A stretch of 64,000 bases of DNA from Eledone cirrhosa (taxonomy: Eukaryota), in the NCBI GenBank assembly GCA_964016885.1, contig OZ024742.1, forward strand, positions 235,848,001-235,912,000. Direction: 5' to 3'. The notes under the pieces were generated by a model. That model did no database searches, had not been told where the DNA came from, and worked only from the letters and a program-made list of their open reading frames with translations. A program made the translations under genes and the position numbers. Below, in pieces: positions 32,401 to 48,922 of this stretch. Positions within the stretch are counted from its first letter, which is position 1; each line of letters opens with the position of its first letter.

Positions 32401-35400
32401 ACACTACATTACTACTCCACCACACCACCACACCACACGACCACTACCATGAACACTACATTACTACTCCACCACACACCACACCACACCACCACTACCA
32501 TCAACACTACATTACTACTCCACCACACCACCACACCACACCACAACACCACACCACCACTACCATCAACACTACATTACTACTCCACCACACCACCACA
32601 CCACACCACAACACCACACCACCACTACCATCAACACTACTTTACTACTCCACCACACCACCACACCACACCACAACACCACACCACCACTACCATCAAC
32701 ACTACATTACTACTCAACCACACCACCACACCACTACCATCAACACTACATTACTACTCCACCACACCACCACACCACTACCATCAACACTACATTACTA
32801 CTCCACCACACCACCACACCACAACACCACACCACCACTACCATCAACACTACATTACTACTCCACCACACCACCACACCACACTACCACTACCATCAAC
32901 ACTAAATTACTACTCCACCACACCACCACACCACACTACCACTACCATCGACACTACATTACTACTTCACCACACCACCACACCACACCAGCACTACCAT
33001 CAACACTACATTACTACTCCACCACACCCCACACCACACCACCACTACCAAGAACACTACATTACTACTCCACCACACCACCACACCACACCACCACTAC
33101 CATCAACACTACATTACTACTCCACCACACCCCACACCACACCACCACTACCAAGAACACTACATTACTACTCCACCACACCCCACACCACACCACCACT
33201 ACCATCAGCACTACATTACTACTCCACCACACCCCACACCACACCACCACTACCATCAACACTACATTACTACTCCACCACACCCCACACCACACCACCA
33301 CTACCAAGAACACTACATTACTACTCCACCACACCACCACACCACACCACCACTACCATCAACACTACATTACTACTCCACCACACCCCACACCACACCA
33401 CCACTACCAAGAACACTACATTACTACTCCACCACACCCCACACCACACCACCACTACCATCAGCACTACATTACTACTCCACCACACCCCACACCACAC
33501 CACCACTACCATCAACACTACATTACTACTCCACCACACCCCACACCACACCACCACTACCAAGAACACTACATTACTACTCAACCACACCACCACACCA
33601 CACCACCACTACCATCAACACTACATTACTACTCCACCACACCCCACACCACACCACCACTACCAAGAACACTACATTACTACTCCACCACACCCCACAC
33701 CACACCACCACTACCACTACCATCAACACTACATTACTACTCAACCACAGAACCACACCACACCACCACTACCAAGAACACTACGTTACTACTCAACCAC
33801 ACCACCACACCACACCACCACTACCATCAACACTACATTACTACTCCACCACACCACCACACCACACCACAACACCACACCACCACTACCATCAACACTA
33901 CATTACTACTCCACCACACCACCACACCACAACACCACACCACCACTACCATCAACACTACATTACTACTCAACCACACCACCACACCACTACCATCAAC
34001 ACTACATTACTACTCCACCACACCACCACACCACTACCATCAACACTACATTACTACTCCACCACACCACCACACCACACCACAACACCACACCACCACT
34101 ACCATCAACACTACATTACTACTCCACCACACCACCACACCACACTACCACTACCATCAATACTACATTACTACTCCACCACACCACCACACCACACTAC
34201 CACTACCATCGACACTACATAACTACTCCACCACACCACCACACCACACCAGCACTACCATCAACACTACATTACTACTCCACCTCACCCCACACCACAC
34301 CACCACTACCAAGAACACTATATTACTACTCCACCACACCACCACACCACACCACCACTACCATCAACACTACATTACTACTCCACCACACCCCTCACAC
34401 ACCACCACTACCAAGAACACTACATTACTACTCCACCACACCCCACACCACACCACCACTACCATCAACACTACATTACTACTCCACCACACCCCACACC
34501 ACACGACCACTACCAAGAACACTACATTACTACTCCACCACACCACCACACCACACTACCACTACCAAGAACACTACATTACTACTCCACCACACCACAC
34601 CACCACTACCATCAACACTACATTACTACTCCACCACACCCCACACCACACCACCACTACCATCAACACTACATTACTACTCCACCACACCCCACACCAC
34701 ACCACCACTACCATCAACACTACATTACTACTCCACCACACCCCACACCACACCACCACTACCAAGAACACTACATTACTACTCCACCACACCCCACACC
34801 ACACCACCACTACCACTACCATCAACACTACATTACTACTCAACCACAGAACCACACCACACCACCACTACCAAGAACACTACGTTACTACTCAACCACA
34901 TCACCACACCACACCACCACTACCATCAACACTACATTACTACTCCACCACACCACCACACCACACTACCACTACCATCAACACTACATTACTACTCCAC
35001 CACACCACCACACCACACCACCACTACCAAGAACACTACGTTACTACTCAACCACACCACCACACCACACCACCACTACCAAGAACACTACATTACTACT
35101 CCACCACACCACCACACCACACCACCACTACCAAGAACACTACATTACTACTCCACCACACCACCACACCACACTACCACTACCATCAACACTACATTAC
35201 TACTCCACCACACCACCACACCACACCACCACTATCAAGAACACTACGTTACTACTCAACCACACCACCACGCCACACGACCACTACCATCAACACTACA
35301 TTACTACTCCACCACACCACCACACCACACCACCACTACCAAGAACACTACATTACTACTCCACCACACCACCCCACCACACTACCACTACCATCAACAC

Positions 35401-38400
35401 TACATTACTACTCCACCACACCACCACACCACACCACCACTACCAAGAACACTACATTACTACTCCACCACACCACCACACCACACTACCACTACCATCA
35501 ACACTACATTATACTCCACCACACCACCACACCACACCACCACTACCAAGAACACTACGTTACTACTCAACCACACCACCACACCACACCACCACTACCA
35601 TCAACACTACATTACTACTCCACCACACCACCACACCACACCACCACTACCATGAACACTACATTACTACTCAACCACACCACAACACCACACCACCACT
35701 ACCATCAACACTACATTACTACTCCACCACACCACCACACCACACCACCACTACCATCAACACTACATTAATACTCCACCACACCACCACACCACACCAC
35801 CACTACCATCAACACTACAATACTACTCCACCACACCACCACACCACACTACCACTACCATCAACACTACATTACTACTCCACCACAACACACCACCACT
35901 ACCATCAACACTACATTACTACTCCACCACACCACCACACTACCACTACCATGAACACTACATTACTACTCCACCACACCACCACTACCATCAACACTAC
36001 ATTACTACTTCACCACACCACCACACCATACCACCACTACCATCAACACTACATTACTACTCCACCACACCACAACACCACCACTACCATCAACACTACA
36101 TTACTACTCCACCACACCACCACACCACACCACCACTACCATCAACACTACATTACTACTCCACCACACCATACCACCACACCACCACTACCATCAACAC
36201 TACATTACTACTCCACCACACCACCACACCACACCACCACTGCCATCAACACTACATTACTACTCCACCACACCACCACACCACCACTACCAAGAACACT
36301 ACATTACTACTCCACCACACCACCACACCACACCACCACTACCATCAACACTACATTACTACTCCACCACACCACCGCACCACCACTACCACGAACACTA
36401 CATTACTACTCCACCACACCACACCACAACACCACCACTACCATCAACACTACATTACTACTCCACCACACCACACCACAACACCACCACTACCATCAAC
36501 ACTACATTACTACTCCACCACACCACACCACAACACCACCACTACCATGAACACTACATTACTACTCCACCACACCACCACACCACACCACCACTACCAT
36601 CAACACTACATTACTACTCCACCCCACCACCACACCACACCACCACCACACCACACCACCACTACCATGAACACGACATTACTACTCCACCACACCACCA
36701 CACCACACCACCACTACCAAGAACACTACATTACTACTCCACCACACCACCACACCACACCACCACTACCATCAACACTACATTGCTACTCCACCACCAC
36801 ACCACACCACACTACCACTACCATCAACACTACATTACTACTCCACCACACCACCACACTACACCACCACTACCTTGAACACTACATTACTACTCCACCA
36901 CACCACCACACAAAACCACCACTACCATCAACACTACATTACTACTCCGCCACACCACCACACCACACCACCACTACCATCAACACTACATTACTACTCC
37001 ACCACACCACCACACCACACCACCACACCACACCACCACACCACACCACCACAACCATCAACACTACATTACTACTCCACCACACCACCACACCACACCA
37101 CCACTACCATCAACACTACATTACTACTCCACCACACCACCACACAACACCACCACTACCATCAACACTACATTACTACTCCGCCACACCACCACACCAC
37201 ACCACCACTACCATCAACACTACATTACTACTCCTCCACACCACCACACCACACCACCACTACCATCAACACTACATTACTACTCCACCACACCACCACA
37301 CCACACCACCACTACCATCAACACTACATTACTACTCCACCACACCACCACACCACACCACCACTACCACGAACACTACATTACTACTCCACCACACCAC
37401 CACACCACACCACCACAACCATCAACACTACATTACTACTCCACCACACCACCACACCACACCACCACTACCATCAACACTACATTACTACTCCACCACA
37501 CCACCACACCACACCACCACAACCATCAACACTACATTACTACTCCACCACACCACCACACCACACCACCACTACCATGAACACTACATTACTACTCCAC
37601 CACACCACCACACCACACCACCACTACCATCAACACTACATTACTACTCCACCACACCACCACACCACACCACCACTACCATCAACACTACATTACTACT
37701 CCACCACACCACCACACCACACCACCACTACCACGAACACTACATTACTACTCCACCACACCACCACACCACACCACCACAACCATCAACACTACATTAC
37801 TACTCCACCACACCACCACACCACACCACCACTACCATCAACACTACATTACTACTCCACCACACCATCACACCACACCACCACTACCATCAACACTACA
37901 TTACTACTCCACCACACCACCACACCACACGACCTCTACCATGAACACTACATTACTACTCCACCACACGACCACACCACACTACCACTACCATCAACAC
38001 TACATTACTACTCCACCACACCACCACACCACACGACCTCTACCATGAACACTACATTACTACTCCACCACACGACCACACCACAGTACCGCTACCATCG
38101 ACACTACATTACTACTCCACCACACCACCACACCACACCACCACTACCATCATCATCATCGTCATCATCACCGTTTTACGTACGTTCTTCCACGCTAGCA
38201 TGGGTTAGACGGGTTGTCCTGTTGTGTGCAGTGTCTGGTCGGCCGAACATGCCTTGCTCATACAGGAACTGATCTGGCTTGATTTCTACAGCTGGATGCC
38301 CTTCCTAACACCAACCTCATTTACAGTGAGTGCTGGGTGCTTTGTCGTGGCGCCTACACGTCCACTCTACAGTGTGGGCTGGGTGCTTTTTTGCCGTGGC

Positions 38401-41400
38401 ACCTCCACGACCACCTTGCGGTGGGGGGTGTGAGGGTATATTGTTTATATGCTTCTGCATGTACCCATGGAAGGTCGGGTACTCTGTATTACTGCGTGAT
38501 GCCAGAAGTCACGGTCGTGTGTCATCAACACTACATTACTACTCCACCACACCCCACACCACACGACCACTACCAAGAACACTACATTACTACTCCACCA
38601 CACCACCACACCACACTACCACTACCATCAACACTACATTACTACTCCACCACACCACCACACCACACCACCACTACCAAGAACACTACATTACTACTCC
38701 ACCACACCCCACACCACACCACCACTACCATCAACACTACATTACTACTCAACCACAGAACCACACCACACCACCACTACCATCAACACTACATTACTAC
38801 TCCACCACACCCCACACCACACCACCACTACCAAGAACACTACGTTACTACTCAACCACAGAACCACACCACACCACCACTACCATGAACACTACATTAC
38901 TACTCCACCACACCACACCACCACTACCAAGAACACTACATTACTACTCCACCACACCCCACACCACACCACCACTACCAAGAACACTACGTTTCTACTC
39001 AACCACAGAACCACACCACAACACCACTACCATGAACACTACATTACTACTCCACCACACCACCACACCACACCACCACTACCATGAACACTACATTACT
39101 ACTCCACCACACCACCACACCACACCACCACTACCATGAACACTACATTACTACTCCACCACACCACCACACCACCACTACCATCAACACTACATTACTA
39201 CTCCACCACACCACAACACCACACCACCACTACCATCAACACTACATTACTACTCCACCACACCACACCACCACTACCAAGAACACTACATTACTACTCC
39301 ACCACAGAACCACACCACACCACCACTACCAAGAACACTACGTTACTACTCAACCACACCACCACACCACACCACCACTACCATCAACACTACATTACTA
39401 CTCCACCACACCACCACACCACACCACCACTACCAAGAACACTACATTACTACTCCACCACACCACAACACCACACCACCACTACCATCAACACTACATT
39501 ACTACTCCACCACACCACACCACCACTACCAAGAACACTACATTACTACTCCACCACAGAACCACACCACACCACCACTACCAAGAACACTACGTTACTA
39601 CTCAACCACACCACCACACCACACTACCACTACCATCAACACTACATTACTACTCCACCACTCCACCACACTAACACTACCATCAACACCACATTACTAC
39701 TCCACCACACCACCACACCACACCACCACTACTATCAACACTACATTACTACTCCACCACACCACCACACCACACCATCACTACCATCAACACTACATTA
39801 CTACTCCACCACACCACCACACCACACCACCACTACCATCAACACTACATTACTACTCCACCACACCACCACACCACACCACCACTACCATCAACACTAC
39901 ATTACTACTCCACCACACCACACCACCACACCACCACTACCATCAACACTACATTACTACTCCACCACTCCACAACACCACACTACCACTACCATCAACA
40001 CTACATTACTACTCCACCACACCACCACACCACACCACCACAACCATCAACACTACATTACTACTCCACCACACCACCACCACACCACCACTACCATCAA
40101 CACTACATTACTACTCCACCACACCACCACACCACCACTACCATCAACACTACATTACTACTCCACCACACCACCACACCACACCACCACTACCATCAAC
40201 ACTACATTACTACTCCACCACACCCCACACCACACCACCACTACCAAGAACACTACATTACTACTCAACCACAGAACCACACCACACCACCACTACCATG
40301 AACACTACATTACTACTCAACCACACCACCACACCACACCACCACTACCATCAACACTACATTACTACTCCACCACACCCCCACACCACACCACCACTAC
40401 CATCAACACTACATTACTACTCCACCACACCCCACACCACACCACCACTACCAAGAACACTAAATTACTACTCAACCACACCACCACACCACACCACCAC
40501 TACCATCAACACTACATTACTACTCCACCACACCACCACACCACACCACCACTACCATCAACACTACATTACTACTCCATCACACCACCACACCACACCA
40601 CCACTACCAAGAACACTACATTACTACTCCGCCACACCACCACACCACACCACCACTACCATGAACACTACATTACTACTCCACCACTCCACCACACCAC
40701 CACTACCATCAACACTACATTACTACTCCACCACACCACACCACCACTACCATCAACACTACATTACTACTCAACCACACCACAACACCACACCACCACT
40801 ACCATGAACACTACATTACTACTCCACCACACCACACCACCACACCACCACTACCATCAACACTACATTACTACTCCACCACACCACCACACCACCACTA
40901 CCATCAACACTAAATTACTACTCCACCACACCACCACACCACACCACCACTACCATCAACACTACATTACTACTCCACCACACCACCACACCACCACTAC
41001 CATCAACACTAAATTACTACTCCACCACACCACCACACCACACCACCACTACCATCAACACTACATTACTACTCCACCACACCACCACACCACACCACCA
41101 CTACCAAGAACACTACATTACTACTCCACCACACCACCACACCACCACTACCATCAACACTACATTACTACTCCACCACACCACCACACCACACCACCAC
41201 TACCATCAACACTACATTACTACTCCACCACACCACCACACCACACCACCACACCACACCACCACTACCATCAACACTACATTACTACTCCACCACACCA
41301 CCACACCACACCACCACTACCATCAACACTACATTACTACTCCACCACACCACCACACCACACCACCACTACCATCAACACTACATTACTACTCCACCAC

Positions 41401-44400
41401 ACCACCACAGCACACCACCACTACCATCAACACTACATTACTACTCCACCACACCACCACACCACACCACCACAACCATCAACACTACATTACTACTCCA
41501 CCACACCACCACAACACACCACCACTACCATCAACACTACATTACTACTCCACCACACCACCACACCACACCACCACTACCATCAACACTACATTACTAC
41601 TCCACCACACCACCACACCACACCACCACAACCATCAACACTACATTACTACTCCACCACACCACACCACCACACCACCACTACCATCAACACTACATTA
41701 CTACTCCACCACTCCACAACACCACACTACCACTACCATCAACACTACATTACTACTCCACCACACCACCACACCACACCACCACAACCATCAACACTAC
41801 ATTACTACTCCACCACACCCCACCACCACACCACCACTACCATCAACACTACATTACTACTCCACCACTCCACAACACCACACTACCACTACCATCAACA
41901 CTACATTACTACTCCACCACACCACCACACCACACCACCACTACCATCAACACTACATTACTACTCCACCACACCACCACACCACACCACCACTACCACG
42001 AACACTACATTACTACTCCACCACACCACCACACCACACCACCACAACCATCAACACTACATTACTACTCCACCACACCACCACCACACCACCACTACCA
42101 TCAACACTACATTACTACTCCACCACACCACCACACCACCACTACCATCAACACTACATTACTACTCCACCACACCACCACACCACACCACCACTACCAT
42201 CAACACTACATTACTACTCCACCACACCCCACACCACACCACCACTACCAAGAACACTACATTACTACTCAACCACAGAACCACACCACACCACCACTAC
42301 CATGAACACTACATTACTACTCAACCACACCACCACACCACACCACACCACCACTACCATCAACACTACATTACTACTCCACCACACCCCACACCACACC
42401 ACCACTACCAAGAACACTAAATTACTACTCAACCACACCACCACACCACACCACCACTACCATCAACACTACATTACTACTCCACCACACCACCACACCA
42501 CACCACCACTACCAAGAACACTACATTACTACTCCGCCACACCACCACACCACACCACCACTACCATGAACACTACATTACTACTCCACCACTCCACCAC
42601 ACCACACCACCACTACCATCAACACTACATTACTACTCCACCACACCACACCACCACTACCATCAACACTACATTACTACTCCATCACACCACACCACCA
42701 CTACCATGAACACTACATTACTACTCAACCACACCACAACACCACACCACCACTACCATGAACACTACATTACTACTCAACCACACCACAACACCACACC
42801 ACCACTACCATCAACACTACATTACTACTCCACCACACCACCACTACCATCAACACTAAATTACTACTCCACCACACCACCACACCACACCACCACTACC
42901 ATCAACACTACATTACTACTCCACCACACCACCACACCACACCACCACTACCAAGAACACTACATTACTACTCCACCACACCACCACACCACCACTACCA
43001 TCAACACTACATTACTACTCCACCACACCACCACACCACACCACCACTACCATCAACACTACATTACTACTCCACCAAACCACCACACCACACCACCACA
43101 CCACACCACCACACCACACCACCACTACCATCAACACTACATTACTACTCCACCACACCACCACACCACACCACCACTACCATCAACACTACATTACTAC
43201 TCCACCACACCACCACACCACACCACCACTACCATCAACACTACATTACTACTCCACCACACCACCACACCACACCACCACTACCATCAACACTACATTA
43301 CTACTCCACCACACCACCACACCACACCACTACAACCATCAACACTACATTACTACTCCACCACACCACCACACCACACCACCACTACCATCAACACTAC
43401 ATTACTACTCCACCACACCACCACACCACCACTACCAAGAACACTACATTACTACTCCACCACACCACACCACACCACCACACCACCACTACCACGAACA
43501 CTGCATTACTACTCCACCACACCACCACACCACACCACCACTACCATCAACACTACATTACTACTCCACCACTCCACCACACCACCACTACCATCAACAC
43601 TACATTACTACTCCACCACACCACCACACCCCACCACAACTACCATCAACACTACATTACTACTCCACCACACCACCACACCACTCCACCACTACCATGA
43701 ACACTACATTATTACTCCACCACACCACCACTACCATCAACACTACATTACTACTCCACCACACCACCACACCACAACTACCATGAACACTACATTACTA
43801 CTCCACAACACCACCACACCAAACCACCACTACCATCAACACTACATTACTACTCCACCACACCACCACACCACACCACCACTACCATCAATACTACATT
43901 ACTACTCCACCACACCACCACACCACACTACCACCAACACTACATTACTACTCCACCACACCACCACACCACACCACCACTAACATGAACACTACCTTAC
44001 TACTCCACCACACCACCACACCACCACTACCATCAACACTACATTACTACTCCACCACACCACCACACCACACCACCAATACCATGAACACTACATTACT
44101 ACTCCACCACACCACCACACCACCACTACCATCAACACTACATTACTACTCCACCACACCACCACACCACCACTACCATCAACACTACATTACTACTCCA
44201 CCACACCACCACACCACACCACCACTACCATCATCACTACATTACTACTCCACCACACCACCACACCACACCACCACTACCATCATCACTACATTACTAC
44301 TCCACCACACCACCACACCACACCACCACTACCATCAACACTACATTACTACTCCACCACACCACCACACCACACCACCACTACCATCAACACTACATTA

Positions 44401-44690
44401 CTACTCCACCACACCACCACACCACACCACCACTACCATCAACACTACATTACTACTCCACCACACCACCACACCACACCACCACTACCATCAACACTAC
44501 ATTACTACTCCACCACACCACCACACCACACCACCACTACCATCAACACTACATTACTACTCCACCACACCACCACACCACACCACCACTACCATCAACA
44601 CTACATTACTACTCCACCACACCATCACACCACACCACCACTAACATGAACACTACCTTACTACTCCACCACACCACCACACCACAACAC
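5410..44690. repeat. Core satellite, consensus 52-mer CCATCAACACTACATTACTACTCCACCACACCACCACACCACACCACCACTA
   Basis: Conserved head AACACTACATTACTACTCC plus a variable number of CAC/CACCA modules (units ~36-60 bp). Head variants catc/catg/caag/cacg/caca-aac. Confidence 0.95.
38148..38521 (-). mobile_element. RTE-associated SINE-like retroposon inserted into the satellite at CATCA
   Basis: Homologous to 1029-1500. The satellite breaks at CTAC-CATCA and resumes CATCA-ACACTACATT, so the (CAT)n tail is continuous with the target. Confidence 0.85.
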
Positions 44691-47152
44691 CACAACACCA
44701 CCACACCACAACACCACAACACCACCATACCACAACACCACAACACCTCAACATCACAACACCACCACACCACAACACCACAACACCTCAACATCACAAC
44801 ACCACTACACCACCACACCACCACAACACTACAACACCACTACACCACCACACCACCACAACACCACAACACCACTACACCACCACACCACCACAACACC
44901 ACAACACCACTACACCACCACAACACCACAACACCACCACAGCACAACACCACCACAACACCACAACACCACCACATAACCACCACACCACAACACCACA
45001 CCACCACAACACCACAACACCACCACAGCACAACACCATAACACCACAACACCACAACACCACCACAACACCACAACACCACAACACCACCACACCACAA
45101 CACCACAACACCACCACACCACACCGCCACAACACCACCACACCACAGCACCACAACACCACCACACCACAACACCACTACACCACAACACCACAACACC
45201 ACCACACCACAACACCACAACACCACCACACCACAACACCACCACAACACAACACCACAACACTACAACACCACCATACCACCACAACACCACAACACCA
45301 CCACAGCACAACACCACCACAACACAACACCACAACACTACAACACCACCACACCACCACAACACCACAACACCACCACAGCACACCACCACAACACTAC
45401 AACACCACTACACCACCACAACACCACAACACCACCACAGCACAACACCACCACACCACAACACCACAACACCACCACATAACCACCACACCACAACACC
45501 ACACCACCACAACACCACAACACCACCACAGCACACCACCACAACACTACAACACCACTACACCACCACAACACCACTACACCACCACACCACAACACCA
45601 CCACACCACACCACCACAACACCACCACACCACAGCACCACAACACCACCACAACACCACTACACCACAACACCACTACACCACCACACCACCGCAACAC
45701 TACAACACCACTACACCACCACAACACCACAACACCATCACATAACCACCACACCACTACACCACACCACAACAACACTACAACACCACCACAGCACAAC
45801 ACCACAACACCACAACACCACAACACCACCACACCACAACACCACAACACCACCACACCACAGCACCACAACACCACCACACCACAGCACCACAACACCA
45901 CCACACCACAACACCACTACACCACAACACCACAACACCACCACACCACAACACCACAACACCACCACACCACAACACCACCACAACACAACACCACAAC
46001 ACGACAACACCACCATACCACCACAACACCACAACACCACCACAGCACAACACCACCACACCACAACACCACCACACCACAACACCACAACACCACCACA
46101 CCACAACACCACAACGCCACCACAGCACAACACCACCACACCACAACACCACAACACCACCACATAACCACCGCACCACAACACCACACCACCACAACAC
46201 CACAACACCACCACAGCACACCACCACAACACTACAACACCACTACACCACCACAACACCACAACACCACCACACCACAACACCACCACACCACACCACC
46301 ACAACACCACCACACCACAGCACCACAACACCACAACACCACAACACCACTACACCACAACACCACAACACCACCACACCACAACACCACAACACCACCA
46401 CACCACAACACCACCACAACACAACACCACAACACTACAACACCACCATACCACCACAACACCACAACACCACCACAGCACAACACCACAACACTACAAC
46501 ACCACCACACCACAACACCACAACACCACCACACCACAACACCACCACAACACAACACCACAACACTACACCACCACCACACCACCACAACACCACATCA
46601 CCACCACAACACAACACCACAACACTACACCACCACCACACCACCACAACACCACAACACCACCACAGTACAACACCACCATACCACAACACTACAACAC
46701 CACCACAACACCACCACAGCACAACACCACCACTCCACAACACCACAACACCACCACACCACAACAACACCACCACACCACAACACCACAACACCACAAC
46801 ACCACAGCACGACCACACCACCACAACACCACAACACCACAACACCACAACACCACAACACCACCACACCACAACACCGCAACAACACCACCACACCACA
46901 ACACCACAACACCTCAACATCACAACAACACCACCACACCACAACACCACTACACCACAACACCACCACACCACAACACCACCACAACACAACACCACCA
47001 CACCACAACACCACCACACCACAACACCACCACACCACAACACCACCACACCACAACACCACAACACCTCAACATCACAACACCTCCACACCACAACACC
47101 ACCACAACACCACACCAGAACACCTCAACATCACAACACCTCAATACCATCA
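44690..47152. repeat. (ACACCACA/ACACCACCACA)n 8/11-mer flanking domain of the satellite
   Basis: Same simple motif as 4215-5410, lacking the TACATTACTACTCC head. Confidence 0.9.
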
Positions 47153-47589
47153 TTTACCATGATCAAACAACTGGAACACACATCGCTAGAACCGACGGAG
47201 GTCCATTAACAAAGTCTTTACTCTCTCTCTCAGCGTTTCTCAACCGGTGTTGCCAGGAACCCTAGAGTTCCTCAAGAAGTTGTTAGGGGTTCCACGAGAA
47301 AGAGTGATAAATACACTAATGCAAATTTAGGTAATTTTTGTTTAATTTTATATTCACAATTTTACTAGACACGTACGGCATATTATTGGGTGGTCCTTGT
47401 TTATTATAACAAAGGCTTCAAATTCTTATCTCCTTATAATATATAACCAGCAATTTCTCTGTCCGTCTGTCCGTCGCGTAGAGAGTGAGAGTGAAAGAAA
47501 GAGACAGACTACAAGAGGGGGATAGCGGGAGGGAGAGAGAGACGCTGGAAGAGTGGAAGGAAGCTATGTCTTGCTGTCTGCATTACGAT

Positions 47590-48109
47590 ACATATATATA
47601 TATATACACACACACTGAGCGCGTCATAATGACGTAATGCAGACAGTCAGACATACAGACAGATATTATAAGGGCGCAACGTTATATCTATGTATCTATC
47701 TAAAAAGAAAGGCTAAGAATTATATAGAGAGAACGCTAAATCGCCTAATGCGGTCCCTAGGGCATTGAAAATTTGAAATAATTTTTGCTCAAAACACTCA
47801 CAGGACCATAAGTATTACATGTCTAAAGTTTGAAAACAATCGGTTGGATGGTTCTCAAGTTTTAGTGAGCTGACAGACAGAGAGACAGACATTCTCTGTT
47901 TTAGATATATAGACTAGCAAAAATCCGCCTACCTGGTGGTTTTCTGCTAGTCTATATATCTAAAACAGAGAATGTCTGTCTTTCTGTCTGTCTGTCCAAT
48001 CACTAAAACTCGAGAACCACCCAACCGATTGTTTTCAAACTTTACACATGTAATACTTATGGTACTGTGAATGTTTTGAGCACAAAAAAATCGCATTAGG
48101 CGATTTAGC

Positions 48110-48188
<79 letters not shown>

Positions 48189-48310
48189 CTATTAGATAGA
48201 AACATAGATATAACGTTGCGTCCTTATAATATCTGTCTGTATGACCGACGGTCTGCATTATGCCACTTTGACGTAGCTGTGTGTGTGTGTGTATATATGT
48301 ATATATATAT
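47590..48310. mobile_element. Large diverged palindrome of two Helitron-like 5' segments
   Basis: ~47590-47919 pairs with ~47945-48310. Both arms read CTAG|TCTATATATCTAAAACAGAGAATGTCTGTC...CCAACCGATTGTTTTCAAACTTTA outward from the centre. Confidence 0.7.
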
Positions 48311-48366
48311 AGTGTGTAACGTTTTTCGAAATTAGTTCTGCGTTCACAGATTGATTTTTTTATTTT

Positions 48367-48426
48367 AGTTTCAGAAGATCCCGTTAAGGGTGAAAACAGC
48401 GATTCTTTGCTTAAACTTTAATGTTA

Positions 48427-48433
<7 letters not shown>
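48367..48433 (+). mobile_element. Single-arm fragment of the 49953-50191 family
   Basis: AGTTTCAGAAGATCCCGTTAAGGGTGAAA..GATTCTTTGCTTAA matches 50031-50100 and ends in (TA)n. Confidence 0.8.
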
Positions 48434-48487
<54 letters not shown>

Positions 48488-48490
<3 letters not shown>

Positions 48491-48608
48491 ACGAAGGAAT
48501 TGTGGTAAGGAACCAGATGGACCATAACGTACCAGAGTACTCAATACTTAGGGTAGTAGAGTGGGAAATAGGAAAAAGTATGACCCCGACGGCAGAGTCA
48601 TACTTTTT

Positions 48609-48613
<5 letters not shown>
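48488..48613 (-). mobile_element. Second copy of the 805-998 element with a shorter (17-bp) fold-back
   Basis: Reverse complement of the 805-998 tail and right arm. Arms 48568-48584 and 48597-48613. (TA)n on both sides. Confidence 0.8.
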
Positions 48614-48644
<31 letters not shown>

Positions 48645-48654
<10 letters not shown>

Positions 48655-48922
48655 TATATTCGTGTACAGATATTTTTGCATACACAACAACAAAATATAA
48701 ACAAAAGTATTTATTTCCCGATAAAGTATTGATTTTCTTCGCACGGAAAAAACCCTGGTAATCTACGACGAATTTTTTTTATAACCACAAAATGTAGACA
48801 CCATGCCGAGGCCGAGGTATTCCGTACTTCTCTGTACTGTTATATATATATATATAATTATATATTCGTGTACAGATATTTTTGCATACACAATAACAAA
48901 ATATAAACAAACGAATTTATTT
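48645..48922. repeat. ~70-bp direct repeat, two copies ~205 bp apart
   Basis: TATAATTATATATTCGTGTACAGATATTTTTGCATACACAA..AAAATATAAACAAA occurs twice, each time after (TA)n. Confidence 0.8.

Larger units (their letters stand above)
3763..47152. repeat. ~43-kb C/A-rich compound satellite, almost no G on the plus strand
   Basis: Continuous tandem array, interrupted only by the SINE at 38148-38521. Confidence 0.97.

Noticed and set aside
5410-44690. CRISPR-like pattern of constant head plus variable spacer
   Set aside because: The spacers are only CAC/CACCA copy-number variants, there are no cas genes, and the context is eukaryotic.
4196-47153. Long His/Thr/Pro-rich and Val/Cys/Trp-rich ORFs (up to 1176 aa)
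   Set aside because: These are satellite translations. The lack of G removes most stops, several frames are open at once, and unit lengths are not multiples of 3.
47149-47200. Minus-strand exon ending at a GTAAAT donor
   Set aside because: Available acceptors give 13 or 28 nt with an in-frame stop when joined to the upstream candidate exon.
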